A stretch of 64,000 bases of DNA from Callorhinchus milii (lineage: Eukaryota), in assembly GCF_018977255.1 (NCBI RefSeq), contig NW_024704743.1, positions 66,342,001 to 66,406,000 on the forward strand, given 5' to 3'. The notes under the pieces were generated by a model. It saw nothing but the letters and a program-made list of their open reading frames with translations, did no database searches and had not been told where the DNA came from. Within the stretch, counting starts at the first letter, position 1. Every line of letters starts with the position of its first letter. Position numbers and translations under genes: made by a program. Below, one piece after another: positions 25,480 through 37,667 of this stretch.

Positions 25480-25862
25480 AATAGTAATAATAATCCTTGC
25501 TTTTGACTAGCGCTTTATCATGTCATCCAGATATCTCAAAGTGCTTCATAGATTATACTGTAAAGTGAATTGACTATGTTTAGTAGGCGAAACACAGCAG
25601 CCAATTGTGCACAGTAGTGTCCCACAAACAGTCGTCCATTAAGTGACCAAATCATTATTATTATTTTTTTAATTTGAAGGGATTATTACTCTCGGAAAAG
25701 TAATCCATCAATCGACTAACAGTGGGTTCCTACTTATTGCTAGGTAAACAGAGACGGTGTGGAGTAAGGAAACTTGCCCAATGTTTCGTCCTGCTGGGAA
25801 TTGAACCCAGGTCCTCTCGCTTGTGAGGCAAGTGCTCTAACCACTAGGCTACAGGACTCCAC
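25480..25862 (-). mobile_element. SINE family A, full length
   Basis: Head GGAGTCCTGTAGCCTAGTGGTTAGAGCACTTGCCTCACAAGCGAGAGGACCTGGGTTCAATTCC on the minus strand. Confidence 0.9.
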
Positions 25863-26982
25863 AAAGAATATATATTTGGAACATAGGAATGTAGAGGCCT
25901 GGAGAAGAACATTGTAATATACTTGGCAGGTCGCAAAGTAAAAATAATAAAATCTGTAAACAGTATTGCTTATTCCTCAATCAATATCTTTGCCAAATTT
26001 TCCAGTAAAAATGATAATTTACTTCATGGCTTTTTGTGGGACATTGCTGTGGACAAATGAACTGTTATATTTGCCTACAAAATGCAATCACTGTCCTTTC
26101 CAGTATACCCTCCAAATGTGAAATACATTATATCAAATGTAAGAATTATTGTTATTATAATACTTCTTACATTTGATATTGTGTATTCTACTGTAATAGC
26201 CCTCTTTCCCACCCAGTGTTATGTTATGGGAGAAGATAATTTATATTTGCCTATATATAAATTATATAAAGTTTTGAACCAAATGGAAATGCCCAGGCTT
26301 GACTCTCCTTCTGATTTTCCCTTCATTCTTCCCATTGGGAGATACATTGCTTGGCACCTCTCTTGTTATGCACCTGATCAGAAAGAAATTACTGTCACAA
26401 GAGGTTCAGATGGCACTTTGGCATTGCTGTATGTTATTGAAAATAACATCCTGAACCTTTCATATCATATATAGTCACATACGTATCTGCATACATACAA
26501 TACTTACACAAGTGCACACACTCATAAATTACACACACAAATACCCAGTTGGGCAAGGATAGAATCATTATTTGTTAGAAATAATAAATATAATTAATTA
26601 TAAAAAGTACAAATGATTGAAAGATAGTTTTATCTATTGAAAGACAACAGTGGAGAGGTATTCACTGAAGACGTCATCTGAGCAGCATATTGGCCACAGG
26701 TCAAATGCAAAGATTGTAATTTGGAGAATGGGCAAATAGGAAGAGGGAGCATTGGGGGAAAATAGAGAACTACATTTTACAATGGAATAGGTTCAGTTAA
26801 ATGGCTAACTAAGGTAGACAGGATCAGGTGATTATTAACTCAGAACTATGCTGATTACTGGTTACCTGGTTTTGAACACAAAATAACCAGCAATTAACCC
26901 TTTCTTAAGCCTCTACTGACCGGAAACTGTATTATGACAGCTTTTCCTTAGCTCTCAACAACCTGCTGTAAGGCTCCAATTA

Positions 26983-27376
26983 ACCTGTTCAGCTGGTAAC
27001 ACTTTCACCTTGTCAGAGGGTTGTGGGGTCAAGCCCAATATCAGGATTTTGAGCTCATATTCCGGTGCAATGCTGGTGAGTGCTGCATTGTCAATGTTAA
27101 GCAATTAAACTGAGATCTGCCTATTCAAGTGGATGTTAAAGATTCCTTAGCACTATTCAAAAGAGAAAGGGTTTTCTCCCAGTACCCTGCACAATAATTC
27201 CCCAGGTAAAATTGATCAATCACTTAATAGCTGTTGTGGGACATAACTGTGTGCAAATTGGCTGCTGCATTTCTCTTCAAACATGTTGTCACTACCCTTT
27301 GCAGTAAATCATATGAAGTACTTTGAGTCATTTTGGTAATGTGAAAATTGCTATATCAAATGCAAGTATTATTATT
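26983..27376 (+). mobile_element. SINE family B
   Basis: Head, core and tail recognisable. Confidence 0.8.
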
Positions 27377-28619
27377 GTAAGACACTCATACTTCAATGCA
27401 ATTTGCAAAGCTGGAGCAGTTCCCACTGGTCACCCTATCCCCGTACAGGAGAATGTTTACCATGTTCATAAAATTTGTTCAGCCACATCAGCCAAAGCAA
27501 AAGGTATCTTAAACGATCAGTAGTTTATATCTTTATCAAAAACAGGCAAGTGTGGTCTGATGTGACTTTTACAGGAATCTATTACTAACCAAAAGAAAGG
27601 TCTCATTAGTCACAAAAACACTTGTGTGGAACAACTGACTTTGGCTGGCATACCTGCTGTATTTCACTAGGAACGCCCTCCCTCCCCTCCCATACAAACA
27701 TACACACATCAGCACAGCAAACATTTTTGATACATATGACCTCTTACAAAGGCAATTCTATGTTTAAACAGAGCTATGTGTGACCCATCAGCAACCAGGG
27801 CAAAGGCTAATACCTATGGCCAAGAATGAAAGAGAACTGTAACTGACATTCTCGCACTGCACTATGAAGAGGTCTGTACACATGCAACAAAAGCTGGCAA
27901 GACATCTGAGATTACTTTGATCATTTGCCATAAAAATAATTAGTCATGAGTCTATACCCACATGTGCAAAATTTAAAACTTAAGAGAAATTCTGAATAAA
28001 AATGCTCTCAATTGTGATTTTTATAATAGTGACAACATTGCATGTTAGTTATCATTGTGATTCCTTATTTTTTTTAAATTACTTCAATTGGATCAATGTA
28101 TTTCTTCTCACCCACAATTTTCTCTTGAATTTCTAAAAGGATACCCTTCAGTGCTTCATCCATACTAAATTAATCAACCTAATGTGACACCTAGTTATTG
28201 AACAGTGAGAAATTTAAATGCCAAGCTTAATCCTGTCCTAACCCGTGTATCTCCCCGCAGGGATCTCTAGAAGCTAATCAGGAGCATGAACTTTGATTGG
28301 TATTTGCCCTCCAGAGCTTAAAACATTGGAAGGGGGGAAAGAGAAAGACATTTCGCGCTATCAAGTTCATTTTTTTTACAATACAAAGATACGGTGAAAT
28401 AATAGGCCATTATGAGAGAAAGGCAGTTTATTGTTGGTGTACGTTAATGTTGTCTACTATGAAGACAACATTAATGCATGCTTTGAATATTTACCTTTTC
28501 TATGTAAATTCAGTTGAATTCACAGCATAAAAATCAATAGTATGTTCTCCACTACCAACCAGAAGTGATGCTACTAAAGGCTGAAAATTGCTAACAATAA
28601 AAAAGCGCATGAAAAGCAT

Positions 28620-29283
28620 TGACAGCATCTCCCGGCTCCAACTCTGTCACACACCACAGGCCGCCCAAAACCCTCATACACGCCTTCATTACTTCGAGGC
28701 CCGACTACACAAACTCACTTCTTGTCAACCTCCCAACTCCTCCCTCCACAGGCTGCAGATCATACAGAAATCTGCAGCCCGTGTCCTTTCCCGCACTAGG
28801 CTCCGTGACCCTATCATCCCCATCGTTGCCCAACTCCACTGGCTTCCCATCACACAGAGGATACAGTTCAAGATTCTGGTCCTCACCTTCAAAGCAAAAA
28901 AACATGGTCTTGTTCCCCCCTACCTCTCTGACCTCCTAACCCCCTACCAACCTGTTCGCTCCCACCGCTCAGCGGGCTCCGGCCTGCTTCACGTCCCCCA
29001 TCTTGCTCACCCCACTATCAGCGGGCGGGCCTTCCACCACTCTGCGCCCACTCTCTGGAACTCCATCCCTCAGTCCCTCCATCTTGCCCCCTCCCTCCCA
29101 CCTTCAAGACCCAACTCAAGACCCTCCTCTTCGACCATACTTTCACTCTCCCTGCTTCCCCCCCTGCCCTACCCCCTCCCCCACCTCGACCCTCAGCTCA
29201 GGTCCGAAACTCTGTCAGTCCAGCGCCTTGGGACATCCTCCCGACGTGAAGGGCACTATATAAATGTAATTTTGTTGTTGTTG
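28620..29283 (+). mobile_element. L2-clade LINE 3' fragment
   Basis: LIHAFITSR.DY.NS and LQIIQ.SAARVLSRTRLRDPI.P...LHWLP motifs, frameshifted. (TTG)n tail. Confidence 0.9.
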
Positions 29284-30239
29284 ACAAAGCTGCTTCATAA
29301 AATACCTCAAATAAGACAAATTCATGCATATTGAAGTCTTTTCTCAGATGATTTATGGGTGGCATTGTGATCCAAATAGATGTTTTCTATTTGTAGAACC
29401 TATTCTATAAGTACAATGATTGTATGTTAGGTAAAGAAATAATTTTGTGATAAGATATTGCTTTCTGCCAAAACTCAATGTCTTAACTCATGCCACATGA
29501 ATTGTCTTTAATCACTATCTCCTATTCAGGGAATACTTTCTTCACATGTATCGCAATTTGTTATGTTTACAGCTGAGTTTACGTAGTCTCCTTCGTTTAG
29601 TAGATTAAAAGAATCATAGCAATCCACTAAATTACCTGCTTTAACCTAAATGCTGTAGTGAGTAGTTTGTACTATTTTCTATTATGATTAAAAACATATG
29701 CAAGACGTTCTGGAAGACAAATCCATACTAAGATTTCACTGTGAACTCCTGCTAAATGAATGCTCATAATGCATGACTCACATATGGTAAAACCAAATTA
29801 TTCACTTAATAGGAATTGACAAAACTGGACATGATTGTACACCACAGCGAGCCACAGAACCGTCAAAATACAAGTCAAACTCTAATTCAACATTGCGCTA
29901 TACCCAGGACACGTGAGTGAGCCAAGCTTGTTACAGTGGTTAAAGGGAAACAGCTCAATTAAATGGTAAGTACCTATATAAACTTTCTTTTGGAAATGTA
30001 TATATACTTGGAATGAGATTAAAGTGTTCAGCTCATCAGTTTCATCTCATTTAGTTGAGTTGTTGCTCAAGTGAGTCTTGTTCTACGATTACTTGTCTCT
30101 CAGCTAACTTCTGTTCTCCTTTGATTGAAATATTTTCACTTCAACACCCTCTTTCAAAGGTAATCTGTGTATCCTTTTTGTAAAAGAACACATCCTCCGA
30201 TTATAACTCTATCTCTGCAATATGTTATCTATATCAGTC

Positions 30240-30872
30240 ACTATTCAAAAAGAGAAGCGAGCTTCACCCAATATCCTGCCCAGCAATCCCCCAGATAAAA
30301 TTGATCATTTACTTCATGGCTCTTTGTAGGACAATGCCCTGTGCAAATTGGCTTCTGCATTTGTTCTCACCTTCAAAGCCATCCATGGCCTTGCTCCCTT
30401 GCTCATCTGCAACCTCCTAACCCCCGACCAACCAGCCCACTCCCCCGCTCAGCGGGCTTCAGCCTGCTTCACGTTCTCCGCTTCGCCTGCCCCACCATTG
30501 GTGGGCGGGCCTTTAGCCACTCTGCCCCCACCCTCTGGAACTCCATTCCGCAGTCCCTCTGCCTCACCCCCTTCCTTGCCTCCTTCAAGACCCATATCAA
30601 GACCCTCCTCTTCGACCGTGCCTTCGATCACCCTCCTTCCCGCCCCTGCCCTCCACTTTCCCTGATTCTGACTCTCAGCTCGGGTCCAAAACACTGACTG
30701 TCCAGCGCCTTGGGACGTCCTCCTGACGTTAAAGGCACTATACAAATGTAACTTTATTGTTGTTGTTGCATTCATCTATGAAGTAAGCAGTCACTTTACA
30801 GTAAAATCCCATTAATTGCTTTGACAAATCCTTCCAACATGAAAGGCTCTATGTAAAATGTAAGGATTATTA
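30240..30872 (+). mobile_element. SINE family B 3' half with a nested L2 3' fragment (30362-30768)
   Basis: TGCATT is duplicated at 30356-30361 and 30767-30772, and the SINE resumes after the L2 tail. Confidence 0.85.
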
Positions 30873-30883
30873 AAAAATAATAA

Positions 30884-31070
30884 TTAATAATAATAATCCT
30901 TGCATTTGATATAGCACTTTTCATGTCTTCTAAACGTCTCAAAGCACTTCATAAAATAGATTGTAAAGTGAATTGACTGTATATTTATGGGCGAAATGCA
31001 GCAGCCAATTGCGCACAGCAGTGTCCCACAAACAGTCGTGGATTGAAATGACCAATTTATCATTGTTTTT
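30884..31070 (-). mobile_element. 5'-truncated SINE (family A body)
   Basis: Tail-to-tail with the preceding SINE. Confidence 0.85.
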
Positions 31071-33252
31071 AATTAATTAATTATTAATAACAATTAATGT
31101 TATTCTTGATACTCATAGGAGTCCAATGCTATTCATTCACATTTACGAATCATTGTTGAGACATTTTAAACTCTCGCTTAATTTTGAATGCATTGTTTTG
31201 AGTCCCACAATTCACAAACGTTCACTCTATTTCTCCTCATCAGTTTAAAATTCTAAATCCTATCTCTAATTGCCAGTCATTTCATATATTTTCCCTATAA
31301 ATTACTGGGCATATCAGTGAATTATGGCTTGTCATAGGAATGCAAGAATCCAACACAAAGAAACTATTATTTGAATGTGTAAGCAGAAACTTTAGATACA
31401 CCTTCAAACATGACCTCTGAAATTCTATCAAACCTCAATGACTGCAAAGTCTTGTTTTAGCAGTATGTTTGCGATGGCACTGAAGAATGGATAACACCAT
31501 AACAAGATTCAACATGAATAAAAGGAAGTGGATCACTTTTGAATATGAACACAAACAGATCTATGGCTGAGGCTTACAGAAGAATTTCAATTCAATATTA
31601 TTTTTAAATATTCTTTTATTATTTTGGTCAATTACTTTTATTATTGTGGTACAAACTAGCTGTATGCTGAGAACCTCTGTATCCTGCAGTTATTCAAATG
31701 GTCAGTCAACTAAGCAAATCAACAAGCAGCTGAGTAAATGGTTAGGCTATACTCTGATGTTTAACCATGGGATAAACATAACCCCGCCCCCCACCAACCC
31801 ACCAATAATGCCTGACATATACCATCTATTTACCTGTTGCTTTTAAACAGTGTTTAAGTGCTCTGAGACACTTCTGTGTGAAGGGCAATAAATAAGTTGC
31901 TGTTGTTGTAGCAAATAGTTTTAATTACTTTTCATTCAGAAATGTTAGAGCTAATATTTCTGAAGTAAAATTTATGTCCTGTGTCTAAGACATGCTGGCA
32001 ATGTTGGCCAACACTTTAGAGAAAAGAATAAAAGAAGACTTGGTGAAATGGTGAATTTAATTCTGCCTCCCATCCACAGCCAGCTTCTTGCAATATTCAC
32101 TGACTCAGGACAGTTCCAAGTCTCAACCCACGAACACAGACTGCATTCTGCTAAAGATACGCATCTGTGGAAGAGTAAATTTGGCAATGGCATGTCAATG
32201 GAGCAGGCTTGATGGGCCATTGCCCTTTTTTCTTCCATGCTTCCTTAAAGTCTTATGTTCATGTTTTTCCAAATTCTTTGCCATTATCATGTTACCAACC
32301 AGCGCCCGTAAGTCTGTAGCTATGATTCTGCAGAGATTATGACCAGAATTTCAACTATCACACCCGCACTGTCCCAAACACATCATTAGAAATGCATAAT
32401 TGGGAAAGCACGAGGGAACTGAAGTTCTAATGTATGACACTCTCTCCATCCTTTCACTTTTTTTCCAGCAGCCTGTGTTTTCATGGTCCTTTTGCGCTGA
32501 GCATTCCTTTTGTTACATGCCAAACAAATGGAACTTTACAATATATAAATGACAGCAAATATACTGATTTTGTTACCTGAGGGTTAAACAAATTATTAGT
32601 TCAGGGTTCAGAGTATTTAGGACTTACTGAGCAGTGAAGCAGAAGCTCATATAGCTAATGTCCTCATTCTTTTTAAACATAAATATTCTAAAATTAAAAA
32701 GAAACTTCCAATGCTTGTTGTGATTTAATTCTTCAATGGACTATTGAGCATTGTCAATAGCAAGGGAGTTACAACTTTCTTAGAACTTAAAGACATGTGG
32801 GTAATTGTGAAACACAGGCCATAAAACAGGTATTAAAAGGCACATTGTCACCAGAAGTGCTGTATATGATCTGTATACACAAATGGTAGCCAGTTCAGGG
32901 CTTCAAAGACAACAAAAGACACGTAGCGTCCCTTTCAGATTTCACCATATGAGACCATTTCCAAACTGTTGATCCTCTGGGAAAGATTTTGTGTAAAGCT
33001 TACACTATTGTTTTTTTTGTAGTACTGATTCCTTTGTATTCAGGAATTTCTGACTAAAATAACAAAGAGCTTCTTTAAAGGATATCAAATTCACATTAAA
33101 CTGTCATCTGCACACAATTGAATATTTATTTATTATATTTATTAACATGCAGTGATGTTTGTGGATTTGTAAATATTATGCTAATAATACAGAATTAATT
33201 TCAGTCTACGATGTTGATTTGTCCTTCGCTGCATAACAAATGTACTTGTTAC

Positions 33253-33619
33253 CTGCTTGTTCTGTTTGAAGTGCTTGGATCCTTTCCACCTCAGCCTGCT
33301 CCATGCATATGGCCCGTCCCTGGGTGAGTGCCTGCAGGGGTTTGCCTTCCTCTATCTGCGGATAACAGAGGAGCCCCGCAGAGCAGCGTGCACTGTATAC
33401 CCCACATGGCTGACCTGAAGCCAGTGCACACGTCTGACAGCATCCGCAACCGGGTTCCCTCACCAGCTCCCCTCCACAAGAATTCTCCATGGGTGGGCAA
33501 TGACCCAGCCTTTCGTTGGTGCAAGGCAAGCAACGGATGGGCTTAGGCACCTCTAGTGAGACCCGTATTAGCAGTGAAATCAGCACAAACTGAACACTCC
33601 AGTGCTTTAAAAGATGCAT
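33253..33619 (-). CDS. igfbp1: IGF-binding protein, coding exon 1 (signal peptide + N-terminal IB domain); most likely IGFBP1
   Basis: Translation MHLLKHWSVQFVLISLLIRV...PIRCLPC...CPP...C..ELVREPGCGCCQTCAL..GQPCGVYSARCSAGLLC...KPLQALTQGRAIC has a hydrophobic leader, the GCGCCxxC motif and all 12 IB-domain Cys. It ends CAA GCA G|gtaac (367 nt, phase 1), as IGFBP exon 1 does. The family call is firm. The paralog call rests on GVYxARC/ALTQG and the promoter motifs; IGFBP4 or IGFBP2 are not excluded. Confidence 0.9.
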
Positions 33620-33696
33620 TGAAACACAGAAAGGTAAACCACACAGAGAACCGGTGCGTACTCAAAGAACCTAGCCTCTCTGAGGGCAATCAGGAT

Positions 33697-33704
33697 TATT
33701 TATA
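33697..33704 (-). promoter_or_regulatory. TATA box of the IGFBP gene
   Basis: TATAAATA on the minus strand about 80 nt upstream of the ATG. Confidence 0.7.
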
Positions 33705-33718
33705 CAACGATTAGACTA

Positions 33719-33731
33719 GTTAGTGATAAAT
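33719..33731. promoter_or_regulatory. HNF1-like site
   Basis: GTTAGTGATAAAT matches 9 of 12 defined positions of GTTAATNATTAAC and lies just upstream of the TATA box, as in mammalian IGFBP1 promoters. Confidence 0.45.
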
Positions 33732-33797
33732 TTCAGTCAGGACTGTGATTAGCTATTCCCAACATGTGGGTGGGTATAATCGTACAACATGAAGTGG

Positions 33798-33873
33798 AAA
33801 AATACTTTTGCTGGGTCTTAAACACATAGTTGTACCAGTAGGGACTTGAAGAACTGGGTTAAAGCCAAAACAA
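33798..33873. promoter_or_regulatory. Forkhead / insulin-response-element-like motifs
   Basis: AGCAAAAGTATTTTT (minus, 33798-33812), TAAACA (33819-33824) and CAAAACA (33866-33872; TGTTTTG core on minus). Confidence 0.3.
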
Positions 33874-34149
33874 CATAGTCATGGCTTGACATTCTATTTA
33901 TTCAAAAAAGCAGATGGCTATATGGTGATAGCTTTTCCACCAATAAATCTGTGCTCCCTAGCTGTCACAGTGTGTTATTGATGGAAAATACAAACGCATC
34001 TTTGATCTCTGTCATTTCTTCAAAACACTGAGGTAGATGCAAGTGAAAGTATCAAGGCAGATGTAATCGTTGTAACTTAAATAAGATATCTAGGTTTGGC
34101 AACCATATATTCAGCAGCTGAAAGAAAAGTAAAAACAGACAGGAAGAGT

Positions 34150-34450
34150 CCCCAGTTCAACTCTCAGCTTGTCTTGTTAGTTGATCTTGACTAATGCTAC
34201 AATTGGCTTCAGTGCACTGGGTCAGGAAAGAGAAAAAAAAACAGCTAGAGTTTCCGAACCTCATCACTATCCAGTGATTACAGCTGCAAAGAACTTGTGC
34301 AGAGACATCAGGTGCAGATCAGTTTGGTTCGGTTGTGATGTCCCCACATTTGTCAAGCCAGACTGCATGCCTCATCTGAGCTCACACATAATGAATGGCC
34401 GCTTGAGTGAAGTAACGGAAGGCACTGCTGCCCATTAAACTATTTCTCAG
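34150..34450 (+). repeat. Old dispersed repeat family D, ~0.5 kb upstream of the IGFBP start
   Basis: CTACAATTGGCTTCAGTG...CAGCTAGAGTTTCC...CACTATCCAGTGA...CTCACACAT..GAATGGCC, homologous to the other D copies. Confidence 0.55.
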
Positions 34451-34847
34451 GGAGAGAGAGAGAGAGAATAGGGACTTCAGGAAAGGAGTGAAGAAAATGG
34501 AGCAGAAAAACTAAGCTGATATTGTTTTATTTTTCAAGTTAAAGACAATAGAAATAATTTTAAAGGGCCTCGGAGATAATTACAGTCAAGAGCAGTAAAT
34601 TCTGTGTTTGTAGGCAAAGGTGGCAGACATTTGTGCTGGCGAGATCCCAGATAGCCATGGGGTGAGTGACCAATTTATCTGGAAGATTGTTGCCCAAAGG
34701 TTACAGGGGGGAAACTCCCTTCTCTTTATGACGAGTGTATGAATAGATTGTTGATGTGCACTTTAAAAAGCAGGACTTCGGCATAACAACTGATCTAAAA
34801 GATGGCACCTCTGACAAATCAGCTGGATTAAAGCTCCATGGGGGCTT

Positions 34848-35277
34848 AATGATAATCCTTGCATTTGATAAAGCAACTTATCAAGTCATCGAGATGACCT
34901 AAAGTGTTTCACAGGATTTCCTATAAAGTGTAGTGTCTGTATTTTCATAGGAGAACGCAGCAGCTCATTTGCGCATAGCAATGTCCTGCAAACATCCATG
35001 AAGGGAATGCCCAATTGCATCTGGAAGGACACCAGGAGAAACTTCCTTTTCTTTTCGAACGGTGTCATGAGATCTTCAATGTCCACATGAACAGGCAGAC
35101 GAGACCTTGATATAACATCTCATCCAAAGGACAGAACCTCTAACATTGCAGCACTCCACCAGCACTGAATTGGACTGCCAACCTAGTCCAACATGAGTTC
35201 AAAATCACGATTGGGGCTTGAACCCACAACCTCCAGACTCAGAGGTGAGCGTGCTACCAGATGAGCCAGGCCGACAC
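34848..35277 (-). mobile_element. SINE family B, near full length
   Basis: Reverse-complement head, core and tail. A more degraded copy is adjacent at ~34590-34847. Confidence 0.85.
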
Positions 35278-35974
35278 TCATTTGAAACATAGTAGCTATT
35301 TTTGCATTTAGTTGCTACAGGATTCAGATCTTTTGGAATCTGCAGGTCTGCTGTTAGGTGGCCTCCTCGTTTATTATTTCCTTGTTGATATTGAACAGAG
35401 CCAGACAAAATGTTTCTGCCTTAGTGAAGAGAACATGTTTACGTTCATGTTATAAGTTACTCTATTTTCCATGTCTAATATTTTAACCGAATTTAAACAA
35501 ATGTCAGTCCACTTGTCATACATTTTGCAGTGCTATTTTACTGAATCCAGTCAACATAGAGTAAAATATTTACAGTGGTGCCACAGGGATTGGGGCTGGC
35601 TCGACTTACGTTATGCAGACATTATGTAGTTTTCATTCTGTAAACTGTTCATTAGTGTGAATGCCTGTTTCTCAGCTCATGGTTGTGAAGATATGGCAGA
35701 TTGAGCCACTTACTAACTAACCTGCATGCTTTGGGTATTTAGCAACATGTCTTTAATTTGGATAACTGCAGCAATGTTTTTTTTACACAAGCATGAGATG
35801 CTCTGCCCAGCAAGCTGTAGAGATGGAATCAATGGAATACAAATAGATTTTTGTGTAGTAGAGTTATTAAGGGGTACAGCGAAAAGGAGGAGAATTGGCA
35901 ATCTAACGATTTATCTAACTTTACAGTTATTTTGCTTTTATATTCTATGCTCCTATTTATAAATCCTAAGAGTT

Positions 35975-37430
35975 AATCTATTATCTTTTCTAACAACTTT
36001 GACCACCTGCTCTCCCACCTTTACGGATTTATGTACATTAATCCCAAAGTCCTTTTGCTTTTCCACTCCTTTTAATACTTTACCACCAAGCATGCACTTG
36101 TTCTCCTTATTTTCTTCCCAAAATGTAAAACCTCACATTTCTCTGCATTAAATTTCATTTGCAATTTCTCTGCTCACTATTTTCATGTCATTTGCAAACT
36201 TAGAAATTGTGCCTCTTATAACAGAACCCAGATCATTTATATAAATGGAGAAAACATTTATCTCCAACACGGACACAGCGGGTCAAATGGCCTCCTTCTA
36301 TGCTGTATAATTCTATGATTCTATAATTCTATGAAAAGCAGTATCCTAACACTGACCCCTGTGGGACACCCTATATACATCTCTCAATTTTGTATCCTTT
36401 AACCAACTTTTTCTCTATGTTGCTACCTTTCCAATTAATACTTTGTGCCCTTTTTTTTAACAAGCCTCTTTATCAAAAGCTTTCTGAAAATCCATATATA
36501 CCACAACAACAGCATTACCTCATCTAGTGTCTCAATTATTTTATCAAAAACTCTATTAGATTTGTCAGGCGAGACCTGCCTTTAACAAACCTATGCTGAC
36601 TGTCTTTAATTAAACCTATCGCTTTCCAAATGGTTATCAATATTATCCTGTATTATAGCTTCTAGAAGTTTGCCCACAATGGACGTTAGACTGACTATTT
36701 TTTAATCAATCTGTAGGTTACATTCTCCCTTATTAAATAGAGGTGTTATATTATCTATCCTCCAGTGTCCTGGCACAACTTTCAAATCCAAGGGTGTCTG
36801 AAAAATTGTGGTCAGAGCACCTACTATTTCCTCCTCAACATTTCTGGATGCTTTCCCTTTCTTGAATCCATCAGTTTCTTCAGCATCATTTCCTTTTCTA
36901 AAGCTATCCATTCTAACTGCTGTGCATCCTCCCCTTGTACATTCAACATCTCAAGACAACTCTCTTCTGAAAAAAACTGAGGTCAAATACTCATTAACTA
37001 TCATTAAAAATGCTTTTGCTTCATTTCTTATGTCTATATTTCCCTTTTATTTCCAATTATTTATTTAACTATTGTTTTGCTTTTTTATATGTTTAGAAAA
37101 TACTTTAGTATTTTTCTTTATATACCCTGTCAGTCTCACCTCATTTCCTTTCTTGGCCAGTCAAATCTCTTTTTCTCCTTCTTTCTACAATTGCTGTCTG
37201 ATATTATCATTACATTTATTGAATGTCTCTTTTAAATTATATTTAATTTTAATTTAGCTTTTAATTTTCATTTCTCTATTAATTCCAAGGAACCCTAGTT
37301 TTAGCAACACTCCCTTTAATAGATGAAGGCATATGTCTCTTTGGTACCCTGTTTATCTTGCCTTTGAAAGTTTCCCACTGCTCATCTACTGTCTTATCCA
37401 CCAGTCCTTCTACCCAATTTATCTGTGCTT
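35975..37430 (-). mobile_element. CR1-clade LINE ORF2 fragment, internally deleted
   Basis: VP..WR..N.TPLF.KG and DFQKAFDK remnants plus GVPQGS. A short plus-strand CR1 tail ((ATTCTATG)-like repeats) is inserted at ~36270-36333. Confidence 0.8.
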
Positions 37431-37431
37431 C

Positions 37432-37635
37432 TTGGCCAGGTCATGGGATCTTTAATGTTCACCTGAACACATAGACGGGAGCTCAGTTTAACATCTCATC
37501 CCAAAGACTGCACCTCTGACAATGCAGCATTGCCCCAACAATACATTAGAGTGTCAATTTAGACTGTGAGTTCAAAATCCCAACATGGGGCTTAAACCCA
37601 CAATTTTCTTACTCAGAAACGAGCTTCCGACCACC
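37432..37635 (-). mobile_element. SINE family B 5' half
   Basis: Reverse complement of head through AAAGATCCCATG. Confidence 0.7.
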
Positions 37636-37639
37636 CACA

Positions 37640-37667
37640 ATATATATATATATATATATATGTGTGT
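37640..37667. repeat. (TA)n(TG)n microsatellite
   Basis: Seen directly in the sequence. Confidence 0.95.

Noticed and set aside
25790..25862. tRNA-Val-like sequence (also at 3558, 6440, 13155, 39660, 39790)
   Set aside because: These are SINE heads that continue into the SINE body, with no intact cloverleaf or terminator, so they are not tRNA genes.
28297..28530. YCWC in a plus-strand ORF, reminiscent of IGFBP CWCV
   Set aside because: Wrong strand for this gene, and no surrounding domain similarity.
33206..33252. C-terminal tail of the 137-aa ORF (NKYICYAAKDKSTS)
   Set aside because: It is read-through past the GT donor into intron 1, not a single-exon protein.
33291..33546. Alternative-frame and antisense ORFs over exon 1
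   Set aside because: They are shadows of the GC-richer IGFBP exon.
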